A DNA stretch of 64,000 bases from Allocoleopsis franciscana PCC 7113 (GCF_000317515.1 NC_019738.1:1809623-1873622); one strand, 5' to 3'; positions 38,487 through 48,888 are shown, counted from the stretch's first letter. Notes: generated by a model from the letters alone, not told the origin. Numbers and translations are program-made.

Positions 38487-39593
38487 TTGAAGATTACGAT
38501 AGCCCTAGGAGAGAATCTCTTGCTTAAGTCCACTCCACTGCTTCAGAACACTTCAGCCACTGGCCTGGTCAAGCTTTGGGCACAGCGCTATGTCCCCGAT
38601 TTATCAATTTTCTCTGCAAATCAAGGTCAATTCAATATCTCTGAGGTGATTCAAGCGGCATCGCTAGAGGGGCGAACTCAAACCGTTGCTAAGCTTCAGC
38701 GTCTACTTCAAACCAGTTGCGAGTTAGCGGGTATCAAAACGAATATCCTGTTTTCTTACATTCCCAATGTCGTCAATCTATCGGAGGCTGGAAACATCGC
38801 CCGGTCAGCCGTGCGAGTGTATGAGAAGGTACTGGAGATTTATCAGCAGCAGTCGCTACCAATCGTGGCACAAGATGTCCAACCCCAGACAGGGGAAGCT
38901 CTGCCTCCATGGGTGAGGCAGGCGATAGAGCTACCCGATATTCAACAGTTGGCTCTGCAACTGGAACCTGAATTACTTCAACTTCAGGAACAACATCTAT
39001 TGACTCAGGATCAGCGCAGTCGTGGCTTTCTCTCCACCCACTTTCACTTAAGTACCAAGCAAGTTCTCAATCGACTCACCCTATCGGAGCAAGTCTTGCT
39101 TAGCCCCTACTTCAAGTTTATTGAAGAGCAAGTTTGCATTCCGTGGCAGCGAGTGTGCGCTGCTGCGGCAAAGCATCCACCGGATTCCCCGACTCTGGCA
39201 CTCGTGGAACAACTACTACCACAGACTGAAGAAATCGCGTTAACCGTCTACCACCGAGCTGTGGAATTGTACCCCCATTATCGAAGCTATCGGGGAAGCC
39301 TGAGCGAATCTGGGGTTACCGCCTCTATCCTGCGTGATTTGAATATGTTCCAAGGCTATCTCTGGCTGTGTGTACTGGAAAAGAGTCTGGATGCAGTGGA
39401 ACAGGAATTGCTGCCTTTGTGCCAGATGGTTTTTCCCAGTGTGGAGGTCAAAGGAGAATTTGTTGAATCGATATTGCAGTTGTTATTTGAGACGATTCTA
39501 ACCCGTGTGGATTTTGACCAAACACTTTGGGTAACGTCCTATACTTTGGCGATACAGCAGATATTTAGTAATTTTGAGACCAAGGTGAAATAA
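38487..39593 (+). CDS. hypothetical alpha-helical protein, start uncertain
   Basis: 368-aa ORF with TTG start per ORF track. Gln/Leu-rich, no recognisable motif. Same strand as and 55 bp after the MHYT gene. Confidence 0.55.
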   Translation: MKITIALGENLLLKSTPLLQNTSATGLVKLWAQRYVPDLSIFSANQGQFNISEVIQAASLEGRTQTVAKLQRLLQTSCELAGIKTNILFSYIPNVVNLSEAGNIARSAVRVYEKVLEIYQQQSLPIVAQDVQPQTGEALPPWVRQAIELPDIQQLALQLEPELLQLQEQHLLTQDQRSRGFLSTHFHLSTKQVLNRLTLSEQVLLSPYFKFIEEQVCIPWQRVCAAAAKHPPDSPTLALVEQLLPQTEEIALTVYHRAVELYPHYRSYRGSLSESGVTASILRDLNMFQGYLWLCVLEKSLDAVEQELLPLCQMVFPSVEVKGEFVESILQLLFETILTRVDFDQTLWVTSYTLAIQQIFSNFETKVK

Positions 39594-39758
39594 GCAGAGT
39601 TCCAAGTGCATTCTAGGAGTCGATTGATTTAGACTCCCTATAGCCTTTCTCAATCGAGGGGAATACAGATTATTTTTAGAGACAATTTATGTATTGCCCT
39701 TATAAGGTTTGGTTGCTTTAAATCGGGTCAGTTATTTCTGCCCAATTCCTAACAATCT

Positions 39759-42134
39759 TTATTGTACCCGTTGCAAGGATGCCTTTGTTGGGTCGAGAAT
39801 CTTCTGACCAATACCAGAAAATTTAACAGCAATGCTGATTTTATTCCCCGAACCAAAAACATGGGTGACTTCGCCTGTACCAAAAGTGTCATGAATCAGT
39901 AACTCGCCAACCGTCCATTCTTGAGATTGTTTAATTGAGCGTTTGGAGGTTTGCCGATTCAGTTGAGTTGAAGATTGCAGGTTGTTTTCTGAAGCTTCAA
40001 CCTTCGACTTTTTAACTTTCACTAAAGTGCTGCTGACGAGTTCTTTGGGTAATTCCTCAAGAAACTGCGATCGCACAGCGGGTTCTCGATTCCCATACAG
40101 GCGTCTCTCACGGGCGTGGGAGAGAAATAGCTGTTCCTGAGCGCGAGTAATCCCCACATAACAAAGGCGGCGTTCTTCTTCCAAAGAAGCTGGGTCATCC
40201 ATTGAGCGATAATTGGGAAATAGCCCTTGTTCTAACCCTACCAAAAAGACAACCGGAAATTCTAACCCTTTAGCCGAGTGAAGAGTCATTAAAGAGACAG
40301 ATTTTTGCCCATCTTTTAAATCATCCAAGTCAGAAGCCAGAGAAGCATTTGCCAAAAAACCTTCTAAACTGGTATCTTCATTTTCTTCCTGAAATTGGAG
40401 AACCGCGTTATAAAGTTCCGATACGTTTTCCAGTCGATTTTCGGCTTCATCAGTCCCCTGTTTTTTCAAGTCGTCAATATAACCCGACTCTTCCATAATT
40501 CCCTTAACAATTTCTGCCGCCGAAAGATGCTCGACTTGCTGCTGCCAACGCTGTATGATTTCGGCAAAGCTGTTGACACCCTTCGCTGAACGTCCGGCTA
40601 AAGTATTTACTGAAGTTTGGTCGCTGAGAATTTCCCACAACGATATATTCAATTCTTGAGCCGCTCCCATGAGTCGGTCAATTGTCGCTTGACCGATGCC
40701 CCGTCGAGGGGTGTTAATAATACGGAGGAGACTGACGGTATCATCAGGGTTGGCGATCGCTCTTAAATAAGCCAGAGAATCTTTAATTTCTTTGCGATCA
40801 TAGAACTTCAACCCACCCACAATAATGTAAGGAACTTTACCTCTTAGAGCATCTTCAAAGGGTCGAGATTGGGCATTGGTGCGGTAAAGAATGGCAAAAT
40901 TTCCCCAGTTGAGTTCTGGGTACTGTTGCTCCATTCGTCGGATTTGATTGACCACAAAATGCGCTTCTTCTACTTCATCATCTGCTTTATGAACATAAAT
41001 CTGTTCCCCTAATCCGCGTGTAGGTCTTAGGACTTTATCAATGCGCTGGGTATTATTTTCAATCAGGGAATTAGCCGCTTGGAGAATGTTTTCCCTGGAA
41101 CGATAATTTTCTTCCAATTTCACCATCGTGCGGGTATCTTCATCGGGTAATCCATCTCCAAAATTTTGCTGAAATTCCAATAATATGGTAAAATCAGCCA
41201 TTCTAAAGGAATAGATAGATTGATCAGCGTCACCCACGACAAAGATTGAGCGGTCTTGCCAATTCCATGCACTTTTCTGTGTCTCTCCATTCGTGCTTAA
41301 TAGGCGAATTAAGTCATATTGAATCCGGTTTGTATCTTGGTATTCATCCACCAAAATATGACGGAATTGCTGATGCCAATAGCCCAAGACGGTTTCATTT
41401 TGCTGAAAGAGTTTAACGGGGACTAAAATCAAGTCATCAAAGTCGAGGGCGTTATTGCTCGCGAGTTGATTTTGGTAATGGCGGTAGACTTCGGCAATCA
41501 CTCGTCCTTTATAGCCAGAGTGTTCTTTCTCAGCATCTAGGGGAGATAAGCCCTGATTTTTGGCATTACTGATGGCGTAGCGGACTTTGCGGGGGTCAAA
41601 TTTTTTGTCATCCAAGTTTAATTGTTTGGTGACAATATTTTTCACCAGACTTTGAGCATCGGATTCATCAAAGATGGAGAAGTTACGGTTCCACTGATGT
41701 TTTTGCTCGTCTTGATATTTATTGATATCGAGGCGGAGAATCCGAGCAAAGAGGCTGTGGAAGGTACCAACCCACAACGGTTTAATATATTTTTTGTAGA
41801 CGCGCGATCGCAACTGAGTTTGTTCTTCTTCGGGCAGTAATTCCAGACGTTGCCCATGTTTGCGTTGCGCCATCTGCTGGGCAAAAATCGTTTCAATCCG
41901 GGTTTTCATCTCCCGTGCCGCTTTGTTGGTGAAGGTTACCGCCAGGATGTTTTCCGGATCGACTTTGTGGGTGAGAATCAGATTGGCGATGCGATAGGTT
42001 AATGCCCTCGTCTTACCAGAACCCGCGCCAGCAACCACCAGCAAGGGGCCGCAGAAATGTTCGACGGCGCGACGTTGAGAGGGGTTGAGGTGGCTGAGGA
42101 AGTCAGGGGTTGCAGTCATGGCTGGATTGACCAA
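39759..42134 (-). CDS. pcrA: ATP-dependent DNA helicase PcrA/UvrD
   Basis: 791 aa. LNPSQRRAVEHFCGPLLVVAGAGSGKTRALTYRIANLI, VTFTNKAAREM, helicase motifs throughout. C-terminal Tudor-like tail (GELLIHDTFGTGEVTHVFG) typical of housekeeping PcrA. Confidence 0.9.
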   Translation of the reverse strand: MVNPAMTATPDFLSHLNPSQRRAVEHFCGPLLVVAGAGSGKTRALTYRIANLILTHKVDPENILAVTFTNKAAREMKTRIETIFAQQMAQRKHGQRLELLPEEEQTQLRSRVYKKYIKPLWVGTFHSLFARILRLDINKYQDEQKHQWNRNFSIFDESDAQSLVKNIVTKQLNLDDKKFDPRKVRYAISNAKNQGLSPLDAEKEHSGYKGRVIAEVYRHYQNQLASNNALDFDDLILVPVKLFQQNETVLGYWHQQFRHILVDEYQDTNRIQYDLIRLLSTNGETQKSAWNWQDRSIFVVGDADQSIYSFRMADFTILLEFQQNFGDGLPDEDTRTMVKLEENYRSRENILQAANSLIENNTQRIDKVLRPTRGLGEQIYVHKADDEVEEAHFVVNQIRRMEQQYPELNWGNFAILYRTNAQSRPFEDALRGKVPYIIVGGLKFYDRKEIKDSLAYLRAIANPDDTVSLLRIINTPRRGIGQATIDRLMGAAQELNISLWEILSDQTSVNTLAGRSAKGVNSFAEIIQRWQQQVEHLSAAEIVKGIMEESGYIDDLKKQGTDEAENRLENVSELYNAVLQFQEENEDTSLEGFLANASLASDLDDLKDGQKSVSLMTLHSAKGLEFPVVFLVGLEQGLFPNYRSMDDPASLEEERRLCYVGITRAQEQLFLSHARERRLYGNREPAVRSQFLEELPKELVSSTLVKVKKSKVEASENNLQSSTQLNRQTSKRSIKQSQEWTVGELLIHDTFGTGEVTHVFGSGNKISIAVKFSGIGQKILDPTKASLQRVQ

Positions 42135-42313
42135 GGAAGTCTATTCTAGTCAAGGGTATCGTATCTTTGCAGAAGACTGTCAGACTGAAGGGAGATTACC
42201 GACTGTATCACCCAAAAAGCGATCGCTTTACTCACTGGTAAACAAATTTCACAAGCTTACAAACAGCCATCAGCTTAAAAGCGATCGCCAGTTAGAGCCA
42301 GTTGCTATCGCTA

Positions 42314-43726
42314 TTAGCTATTAGCGGCTAGTGTTTGATACGGGTAACCCGATGAGAGTTGCGTCTGAACGCCCATAGTTTGCGCTTCGCTGAATCGATG
42401 AGCGGCATATTCCATCACCATTGGTGGGGTGAAGAAACAACCAGCCTTTTTATCAATCAATGAACGTTCCTCCAATGAATTTAGTGCTTCTAGCAGTTTT
42501 TGTGGAGATAGAGGAGGTGAGAGATATTCGCGCAGTTGAGAAAATGAAGTGGGGTGGCGATGTATAGCCATCCATTTGATAATGGCTTTTTCTGCATCTG
42601 ATAATCGCTCAAATTGTTGTTCTAAAAGATTACAGATGTTGCCAAAAATGGCTGTATTCTGTTTTAAGAATTCAGAAACATTACCATCAAATAATTTGTG
42701 AATCGTCGTAGAGACGATTTTCAACACCAATGGATTGCCTGCATAGTATTCTATGAGCTGATTCCACTCGGCTAGCGTTCCCCGGAAGGCACCTTTTGTT
42801 CTAAATATTTCTTGTCCTGCTTCTAGTTGCAATCCCTTCACTTGTAGGATGCGAACCGATAAGGATTCTCCTTCCAGTAGCCCAATTTCTTTCGGCTTTT
42901 CTCGACTCATTAATATTAAGCAACTTTGATGACGTGCTTCTCCCACTCTTTTGAAAAGTTCACCATAAGCCTCATAACCTTGGCGATAGTGCCCAAGGGA
43001 ATAGTTGCATGACTCTTTAGACTGATTACATCCTTGTAGAATAGATTCGATATTATCAAATAACAGTAGACAACGGCGGACTCGTAAATAATGAATGAGT
43101 TGGGAAACTCTAGCATATACTGTGTCTGATAAATCGGTTTCCTTTGCATTTGAGAGGAATCGAATTAACTGAGCGAGGATGTCTTGAATGGGAGGAGCAT
43201 GGCGTAGACTTCGCCAAATTAAAAACTCGAATTTATCCTGAATCTGTTCTGCTAACTGTACCGATAGAGCCGTCTTACCCATGCCACCTATGCCTAATAT
43301 TGTTACTAATCGGCAGCGCTCCTCTACAATCCATTGCGTCAAATTTGCTAGTTCTTTTGTGCGTCCATAAAAAATACCCGACTCCGGTGCTTCACCCCAA
43401 TCTGGTAAGGCTTGATCCATTGTACCTCCTTGCGCTTCAACAGACTCCAACTGAATCGTAGGCAGGTCATAATCACTTTGTTCCAGCAATAAATTAAACG
43501 CTCTGAAGCAGCGATCCAGAGTTCGTTTATCAACGCCAGTTTCACCAGTAAATACTCTCATTAGGGTATCTGGATCTAAGCCAGTACGAATATTTAATTC
43601 TTCCAGGGTATAGCGTCTTTCATTGTTGTCGTGACGTTCCGCCTCCGACTTTGCTGTCTGAAGTTTTTTTAATCCTTGGGGTGTGAGAACTACACCACGT
43701 CTACGTCTCTTTTTTTGTGAATGCAT
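42314..43726 (-). CDS. HTH + NB-ARC (STAND NTPase) protein lacking a C-terminal sensor-repeat domain
   Basis: 470 aa. N-terminal XRE-like HTH (YTLEELNIRTGLDPDTLMRVFTGETGV). Walker A GIGGMGKTALS, Walker B LLLFDNIE, GxP/winged-helix ARC region. ORF ends right after the ARC2 winged helix; no WD40/TPR follows. Confidence 0.8.
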   Translation of the reverse strand: MHSQKKRRRRGVVLTPQGLKKLQTAKSEAERHDNNERRYTLEELNIRTGLDPDTLMRVFTGETGVDKRTLDRCFRAFNLLLEQSDYDLPTIQLESVEAQGGTMDQALPDWGEAPESGIFYGRTKELANLTQWIVEERCRLVTILGIGGMGKTALSVQLAEQIQDKFEFLIWRSLRHAPPIQDILAQLIRFLSNAKETDLSDTVYARVSQLIHYLRVRRCLLLFDNIESILQGCNQSKESCNYSLGHYRQGYEAYGELFKRVGEARHQSCLILMSREKPKEIGLLEGESLSVRILQVKGLQLEAGQEIFRTKGAFRGTLAEWNQLIEYYAGNPLVLKIVSTTIHKLFDGNVSEFLKQNTAIFGNICNLLEQQFERLSDAEKAIIKWMAIHRHPTSFSQLREYLSPPLSPQKLLEALNSLEERSLIDKKAGCFFTPPMVMEYAAHRFSEAQTMGVQTQLSSGYPYQTLAANS

Positions 43727-44588
43727 TTGGGTTCATCTCGTAGTTAGGTAAATACACAAGTGGGGTACGTTCTTGCCAAAATCTTTTAGAAAACAGGCAA
43801 GATGCCTACCGTACTAGATCAGGTTTTACAGAATTGGAATACACGCTGCTTAGTGATTAAGCATCAAAAACCAAACTCTAACCCAAGTACAACAAAATAA
43901 GAAGAACAAGGGTTTTTAAAAAAGAGTACTTTGCACAGCCCAAGGGAACACTTTATCTAGGATAAGAAATAAGGCATCGCACTAATTCTAGCGTGTATAG
44001 GCATAAAACCTAGTTAATTCGCGAGGCATTCCAATCTATGAATAATAGTTGTATACCTTTGAATTTAACTCAATAAACACATGCCCAAGTAGATACACTT
44101 TTAGCAGGGACTATGGAATTTTGTAACTAAGTACTGAACTCCATGCCGAATATTCTACAGCAAGATTTTTTGATTTAAAACACATTATAAATGAAATGTT
44201 TTATATGCATTTTTTCCCGATATTAAGGGTAATTAAGACTTAAGTCTAACCAAAGAAAATAGCTAGAGGCTTTATGGAGTAAGAGTTAGATGGATTTAAT
44301 GAGATGAATAATTAAATTCGGAGCTTAACTACCCAAACTTCGGTTGCGGCAACTCAAGGCAAGGTGTAAAACTAAATTCTAGATAAATATTTCATGTTTT
44401 CTATACTCAATGCCGCCAAATATAGTTGCGTTCACTTGCAGTAATTACAAGGCTTTTATCTTCTAAATAATCAGCTTTACACGAAAAATATCAATTTATA
44501 CTTATGGATAATTAATCCTGTATCACTTCCATAAATAGCTTTTTATTTAATCAGTTACATTCTTCTTTGTATTTCCTGGAGAACTCAA

Positions 44589-44792
44589 ATGACTATTATT
44601 GACTTTTTCGCATTTGCTTTGCTTGCTTCATGGGCTGCGATGATTTGGGGATCGTTGCAAAAGGTTGATGGAGACAAGGTAAAAGGGTATAAAAAAGTGA
44701 ATGAAGAGTTGTGGGTAGAAACTAAAGTTTCAGGTGACAAAAAACCCAGGTTTCCAGACTTATGGGAACCTGTAATACCACCCAAAAAGTAA
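44589..44792 (+). CDS. small membrane protein (67 aa), hypothetical
   Basis: GGAGA Shine-Dalgarno 7 nt upstream of ATG. One TM helix (IIDFFAFALLASWAAMIWG) then Lys-rich tail. Located after an ~850-bp AT-rich region. Confidence 0.4.
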   Translation: MTIIDFFAFALLASWAAMIWGSLQKVDGDKVKGYKKVNEELWVETKVSGDKKPRFPDLWEPVIPPKK

Positions 44793-45281
44793 TTTATACG
44801 AAGTTGTATTCAAGGGGATAATCTGCTGCTTGTTTGTTCAAGAGCAGAGGCAATTCCCCTGAACTCACGCTCAAGGCTTTAATAGCAATTACCCACTGAC
44901 ATTAATCATAGAGAGGGCAAATATTGCTCTAGAAATTAGCCAGCGATTAATCCCTCCAAACCAAACTGGCTCTATCCAGAGGCGATCGCACATTATAGGA
45001 AGCTGCGTTCAAACGGCATAAGCTGTTCAGCCTTTGAATCACTTATTCGGATTCGCTGTCAAGATTCAGGCGTAAGGGTTTGGCATTTTAGTCGTACCCA
45101 GTTTAGATGCCTAACAGCTTAGATCAGAAACAGCAGGGGAACTCTCGAAGCAGGGCAGCGGAGGAACAAGTCTGCTATCTTTGACTACAATTAGCCATTA
45201 AAATAAACAGCAACAGCATCATTTTCCAAGCATCCACTACCATAGAAGCATCCGCAATGGCGACACAACAGGTGAAAAGCC

Positions 45282-46070
45282 ATGTCCGAAACTACCCTAG
45301 CAGCACCCGATATCCAACTCCCCCCCACACAGGCAGAGCTGCCCTATGATGATGGTATCCCCATGGAAAGTGCACGGCATAAAGCCCAAATGGACTTGCT
45401 GATTGATGCCCTAATTCCTTGGTTGGAACAACGGGAAGATGGGTTTTTCGGCGGCAATATGTTTGTCTATTACAGTCTGGCGCAGGTACGAAACAAAGAC
45501 TTTAAAGGGCCAGACTTTTTTGCCGTGCTAGGAGTCCCCAAAGGTGAACGAAAAAGTTGGGTCGTTTGGGAAGAAGGAAAAGCACCGGATGTAGTAATTG
45601 AGTTGCTTTCTGAAAGTACTGCCGCCGCCGATAAAAACAACAAAAAGCTGATTTATCAAAATCAAATGCGCGTACCAGACTATTTTTGGTATGACCCCTT
45701 TAACCCGGATGATTGGGCCGGTTTCTCAATTCAACAAGGCCGTTATCAACCCATCACACCCAATGCTCAAAATCAGTTAGTGAGTCAATCATTAGGACTA
45801 GCATTGCAGCGTTGGCAGGGAAATTACAAAGGCATTGATGCGACTTGGTTACGCTGGGCAACCTGGGAAGGAGAATTGCTGACAACACCTGAAGAAAAGG
45901 AGCGACAACGAGCAGAGCAAGAGCGACAACGAGCAGACAAGGCAGAAGGGCAATTGCTACAAACGGCACTCAACTTACTTGACGCTGGAATGACAAGAGA
46001 ACAGGTAGCTCAATTAACAGGTTTGACTTTATCTGAAATAGAACAATTGATAACAAATTCTGAGAAGTAA
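45282..46070 (+). CDS. Uma2 family (DUF820) endonuclease-like protein with C-terminal coiled-coil/HTH-like extension
   Basis: 262 aa. GPDFFAVLGVPKGERKSWVVWEEGKAPDVVIELLSEST is the same signature as the partial gene at 1-338. C-terminal EQERQRAEQERQRADKAEG repeat. Confidence 0.85.
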   Translation: MSETTLAAPDIQLPPTQAELPYDDGIPMESARHKAQMDLLIDALIPWLEQREDGFFGGNMFVYYSLAQVRNKDFKGPDFFAVLGVPKGERKSWVVWEEGKAPDVVIELLSESTAAADKNNKKLIYQNQMRVPDYFWYDPFNPDDWAGFSIQQGRYQPITPNAQNQLVSQSLGLALQRWQGNYKGIDATWLRWATWEGELLTTPEEKERQRAEQERQRADKAEGQLLQTALNLLDAGMTREQVAQLTGLTLSEIEQLITNSEK

Positions 46071-46136
46071 TGCATCAAAAAAAATACGACTGGTTATACC
46101 CATTGGGTTTTAGTTTTATACCTATTCTCTGATAGC

Positions 46137-46167
46137 TCCCCCCTTAACAAGCCGGAGCTTTAGGGAG
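46137..46167. repeat. short dispersed repeat copy, inverted relative to 8256-8286
   Basis: cccccttaacaagccggagctttagggagg. Its reverse complement cctccctaaagctccggcttgttaagggggg matches 8256-8286 at 28 of 31 positions. Confidence 0.6.
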
Positions 46168-46190
46168 GAGCTGGGGGGGAATCGAAACTC

Positions 46191-46949
46191 CTAAATGCTG
46201 TATTCCATTGCAGGCTCTTGTTTAGACCCGTGAGGCGGACGCTCGGTTGCACCTGGAATTTCCTGGCGAGTGAGCAAATCAAATACATGGTCGCCAATGG
46301 CAGCTTTTACATCATCTTCTAACTCATGAACCACATCTCGATTCAGTTGAAATGCATAATTAGCTTCGTCTACAATTCGTTGAATTGTTTCCTCATCAAC
46401 GGATAAAGAATTCAACGCCTGACGATACTTCTCTTTAAATGCGCGTTTGGCTTCTATAGTGGGAATTTGCTCAAATTCATGCAATCCCGTACCCTGATCG
46501 GGAGGTAATTTCAAGGCCGATCGCACAATATTTTTCAACGCTTGTCCCCCAGACAAATCACCCATATAGCGAGTGTAAGCGTGAGCAATCAGCAACGCCG
46601 GGTCGGTATTAGCAATTTCATGTATGCGATTAACATAAACCTGACCGGCGGGTAATGGTGTAATCTGTTCGGGCCAGTTGTCGCCATAGTAAAATGCCAA
46701 GTCTTTTTCCAGATTCGAGGTGCGGTTAAGTTCAGCAAAATACATCGACCCAATTACTGGATGAGTCTGGTGCCGTTGAAGCTCTTCTTCCAGCGCACTA
46801 TAGACCAAATAAAGATTGAAAAGCAACTTACGGAATGGCTCTCGTTCAACAATCCCTTTGAGGAAACACTTCATGTAAGCAGTATTCTCTGCGGCGGTGT
46901 GAGACTGTTTCGTACCTTCTCGCAGGCGATTGGCTAGATCGTGGCTCAT
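46191..46949 (-). CDS. heme oxygenase (HO-1 family)
   Basis: 252 aa. MSHDLANRLREGTKQSHTAAENTAYMKCFLKG..., proximal His in KQSHT, typical cyanobacterial ho sequence. Confidence 0.9.
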   Translation of the reverse strand: MSHDLANRLREGTKQSHTAAENTAYMKCFLKGIVEREPFRKLLFNLYLVYSALEEELQRHQTHPVIGSMYFAELNRTSNLEKDLAFYYGDNWPEQITPLPAGQVYVNRIHEIANTDPALLIAHAYTRYMGDLSGGQALKNIVRSALKLPPDQGTGLHEFEQIPTIEAKRAFKEKYRQALNSLSVDEETIQRIVDEANYAFQLNRDVVHELEDDVKAAIGDHVFDLLTRQEIPGATERPPHGSKQEPAMEYSI

Positions 46950-47218
46950 GTCAAATTACCTCATTCCTAAGAAATGGTTGTCTTGGCAATACCTGTTTGG
47001 GCAGTGGGCAGTGCAATCATGGAGCAGGTACGCTTCAGACAACCGAAAGACTCATTGAATACTTTATGGCGATTAAATGATTAAAAGAATGAGAGTTTTC
47101 ATAACTTAACAAAATTCTCGGTAAATGAACGTCTGTTAACTTTTCTAATGAAGGGTCTGTTCAAGAAGCGACAATTACTATAACTTAATAGTTATTGAGT
47201 TTACGAGGAGCGAACACG

Positions 47219-48289
47219 ATGGTTAATTCTCCGCCCAAGCCTACTGTGGACTTATCGGCAGCCAAGACAAAGGCTATCAAGGAAAACATCCTCACCCCCC
47301 GGTTTTACACAACGGACTTTGACACGGCGGCAGAGATGGATTTGTCTGCCCAGGATACTGAGTTGCAGGCGATGCTGGCAGAAATGCGGGCAGACTACAA
47401 CCGCCATCACTTCGTGCGGGATGAGTCGTTCAATCAATCTTGGGATCACATTACTGGAGAAGCGCGACAGGCATTTATCGATTATCTAGAACGCTCCTGC
47501 GTGTCCGAGTTTTCCGGCTTTTTGCTGTTTAAAGAACTCTCTCGCAAAGTAAAGGATCGCAGTCCTCTACTGGCTGAAATGTTTAACCTAATGGCACGGG
47601 ATGAAGCCCGCCATGCAGGTTTCCTCAACAAAGCGATGGGGGATTTTGGCTGTACGATGGATTTGGCTTTTCTGACTAAGAATCGGGTTTATACATTCTT
47701 CCCGATTGAGTGGGTACTTTACACGGTCTATTTGTCAGAGAAGATTGGCTACTGGCGTTACATTATTATTTATCGTCATCTGGAAAAGCATCCTGAGAAT
47801 CAGTTCTATCCCTTGTTCCGCTACTTTGAAAGCTGGTGTCAGGATGAAAATCGACATGGGGATATCTTTAAAGCATTGTTGCGATCGCAACCCAAACTCT
47901 GGCAGACTTGGCAATCTAAGTTGTGGAGTCGCTTTTTCCTGCTGACTGTCTTTGCTACTCATACGCTAACCGTTCACGAACGGACTGGCTTTTATAAGGT
48001 ATTGGGAATCGATCCCACTGAGTTTGATGCTGAAGTGATTCGCAAGACGAATGAGACATCACTCCGCGCCTTCCCGTCCGTTCTCGACACGGAACATCCA
48101 GACTTTTTCCGTCGCTTACATCGTTGTTCCGATCTGAATTGGAAGATGAGTGAAATTGATCGCACTCAACCCAAGTGGGTGAAGGCATTACGTAAGTTAC
48201 CGTACCAACTTAGAATTGTCGGTCATCTCCTGCGGATTTATCTGACTAAAGGAATTGATGCCGAAGCGCTGCGGGAAACTGTGCGTTAG
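47219..48289 (+). CDS. acsF: Mg-protoporphyrin IX monomethyl ester oxidative cyclase (AcsF/ChlE/CycI, di-iron)
   Basis: ILTPRFYTTDFD, E..H di-iron motifs (MARDEARHAGFLN, CQDENRHGDIF). GAGGAG RBS 8 nt upstream of ATG at 47219. Confidence 0.9.
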   Translation: MVNSPPKPTVDLSAAKTKAIKENILTPRFYTTDFDTAAEMDLSAQDTELQAMLAEMRADYNRHHFVRDESFNQSWDHITGEARQAFIDYLERSCVSEFSGFLLFKELSRKVKDRSPLLAEMFNLMARDEARHAGFLNKAMGDFGCTMDLAFLTKNRVYTFFPIEWVLYTVYLSEKIGYWRYIIIYRHLEKHPENQFYPLFRYFESWCQDENRHGDIFKALLRSQPKLWQTWQSKLWSRFFLLTVFATHTLTVHERTGFYKVLGIDPTEFDAEVIRKTNETSLRAFPSVLDTEHPDFFRRLHRCSDLNWKMSEIDRTQPKWVKALRKLPYQLRIVGHLLRIYLTKGIDAEALRETVR

Positions 48290-48645
48290 TTGAGCAAAGG
48301 GCGATCGCTGTTGTGAAGTGGGGGAGAAGGGGCAATCGCTTTATCCAAAGTCATTGACAACTATCTTTTTGCTCTTGAGTGGGAAACGGGTAATATCTCC
48401 TCAAGCCATCGAGCAATCAATAAAATGGTTCTTGGACTGCTGCGTGGTGTTTTTCTAGGTACTGCCTTGGTACTCCCAAGTAGAAAACTTTACCCTTATT
48501 TAACTTTGATAAAGGATGCCATGCTCACTCTTGTAAACTTGTCGCAGTCCTTGTTGAGTTGCAACATCAGTAGCAATCAGTTGAAACGGGAACATCCATT
48601 TAACCTTTAGTACGTTAGTATAGCTTGAGTTTATGTATTCTATTG

Positions 48646-48888
48646 TCAATTGTCAATAGAATTTTGCTGAGCAGTTGTACTACGTGGCTGATAGGGTTTT
48701 CCAGTAGGTTGATTCTTGTATCTCTCTATCTCAACAGCATCTATGTAGTAGTAACGCCCAAGTTTGCGAGCGACAATCTGACCCTTCTTAATTAAGTCAT
48801 GAACTCGCTGACGGGTTACGCCAAGTAGCTCGACAGCTTGAGCTACAGAGAGTAATGCGGGGCTTTCATTTGAACCGGAGTTTGTCAT
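48646..48888 (-). CDS. small HTH DNA-binding protein (excisionase/MerR-like helix-turn-helix)
   Basis: 80 aa. LLSVAQAVELLGVTRQRVHDLIKKGQIVARKLGRYYYIDAVEIERY is a classic excisionase-type HTH. Confidence 0.6.
   Translation of the reverse strand: MTNSGSNESPALLSVAQAVELLGVTRQRVHDLIKKGQIVARKLGRYYYIDAVEIERYKNQPTGKPYQPRSTTAQQNSIDN

Noticed and set aside
39759-43726. PcrA/UvrD helicase next to a STAND NTPase as a possible Gabija/Hachiman-like defence pair
   Set aside because: The helicase has full housekeeping PcrA architecture, including the C-terminal Tudor-like tail. No OLD-family/TOPRIM nuclease partner is present. Adjacency with the NB-ARC gene is most likely incidental.
47252-48188. Short ORFs on both strands inside acsF
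   Set aside because: Embedded in a strongly supported AcsF reading frame. No independent signals.
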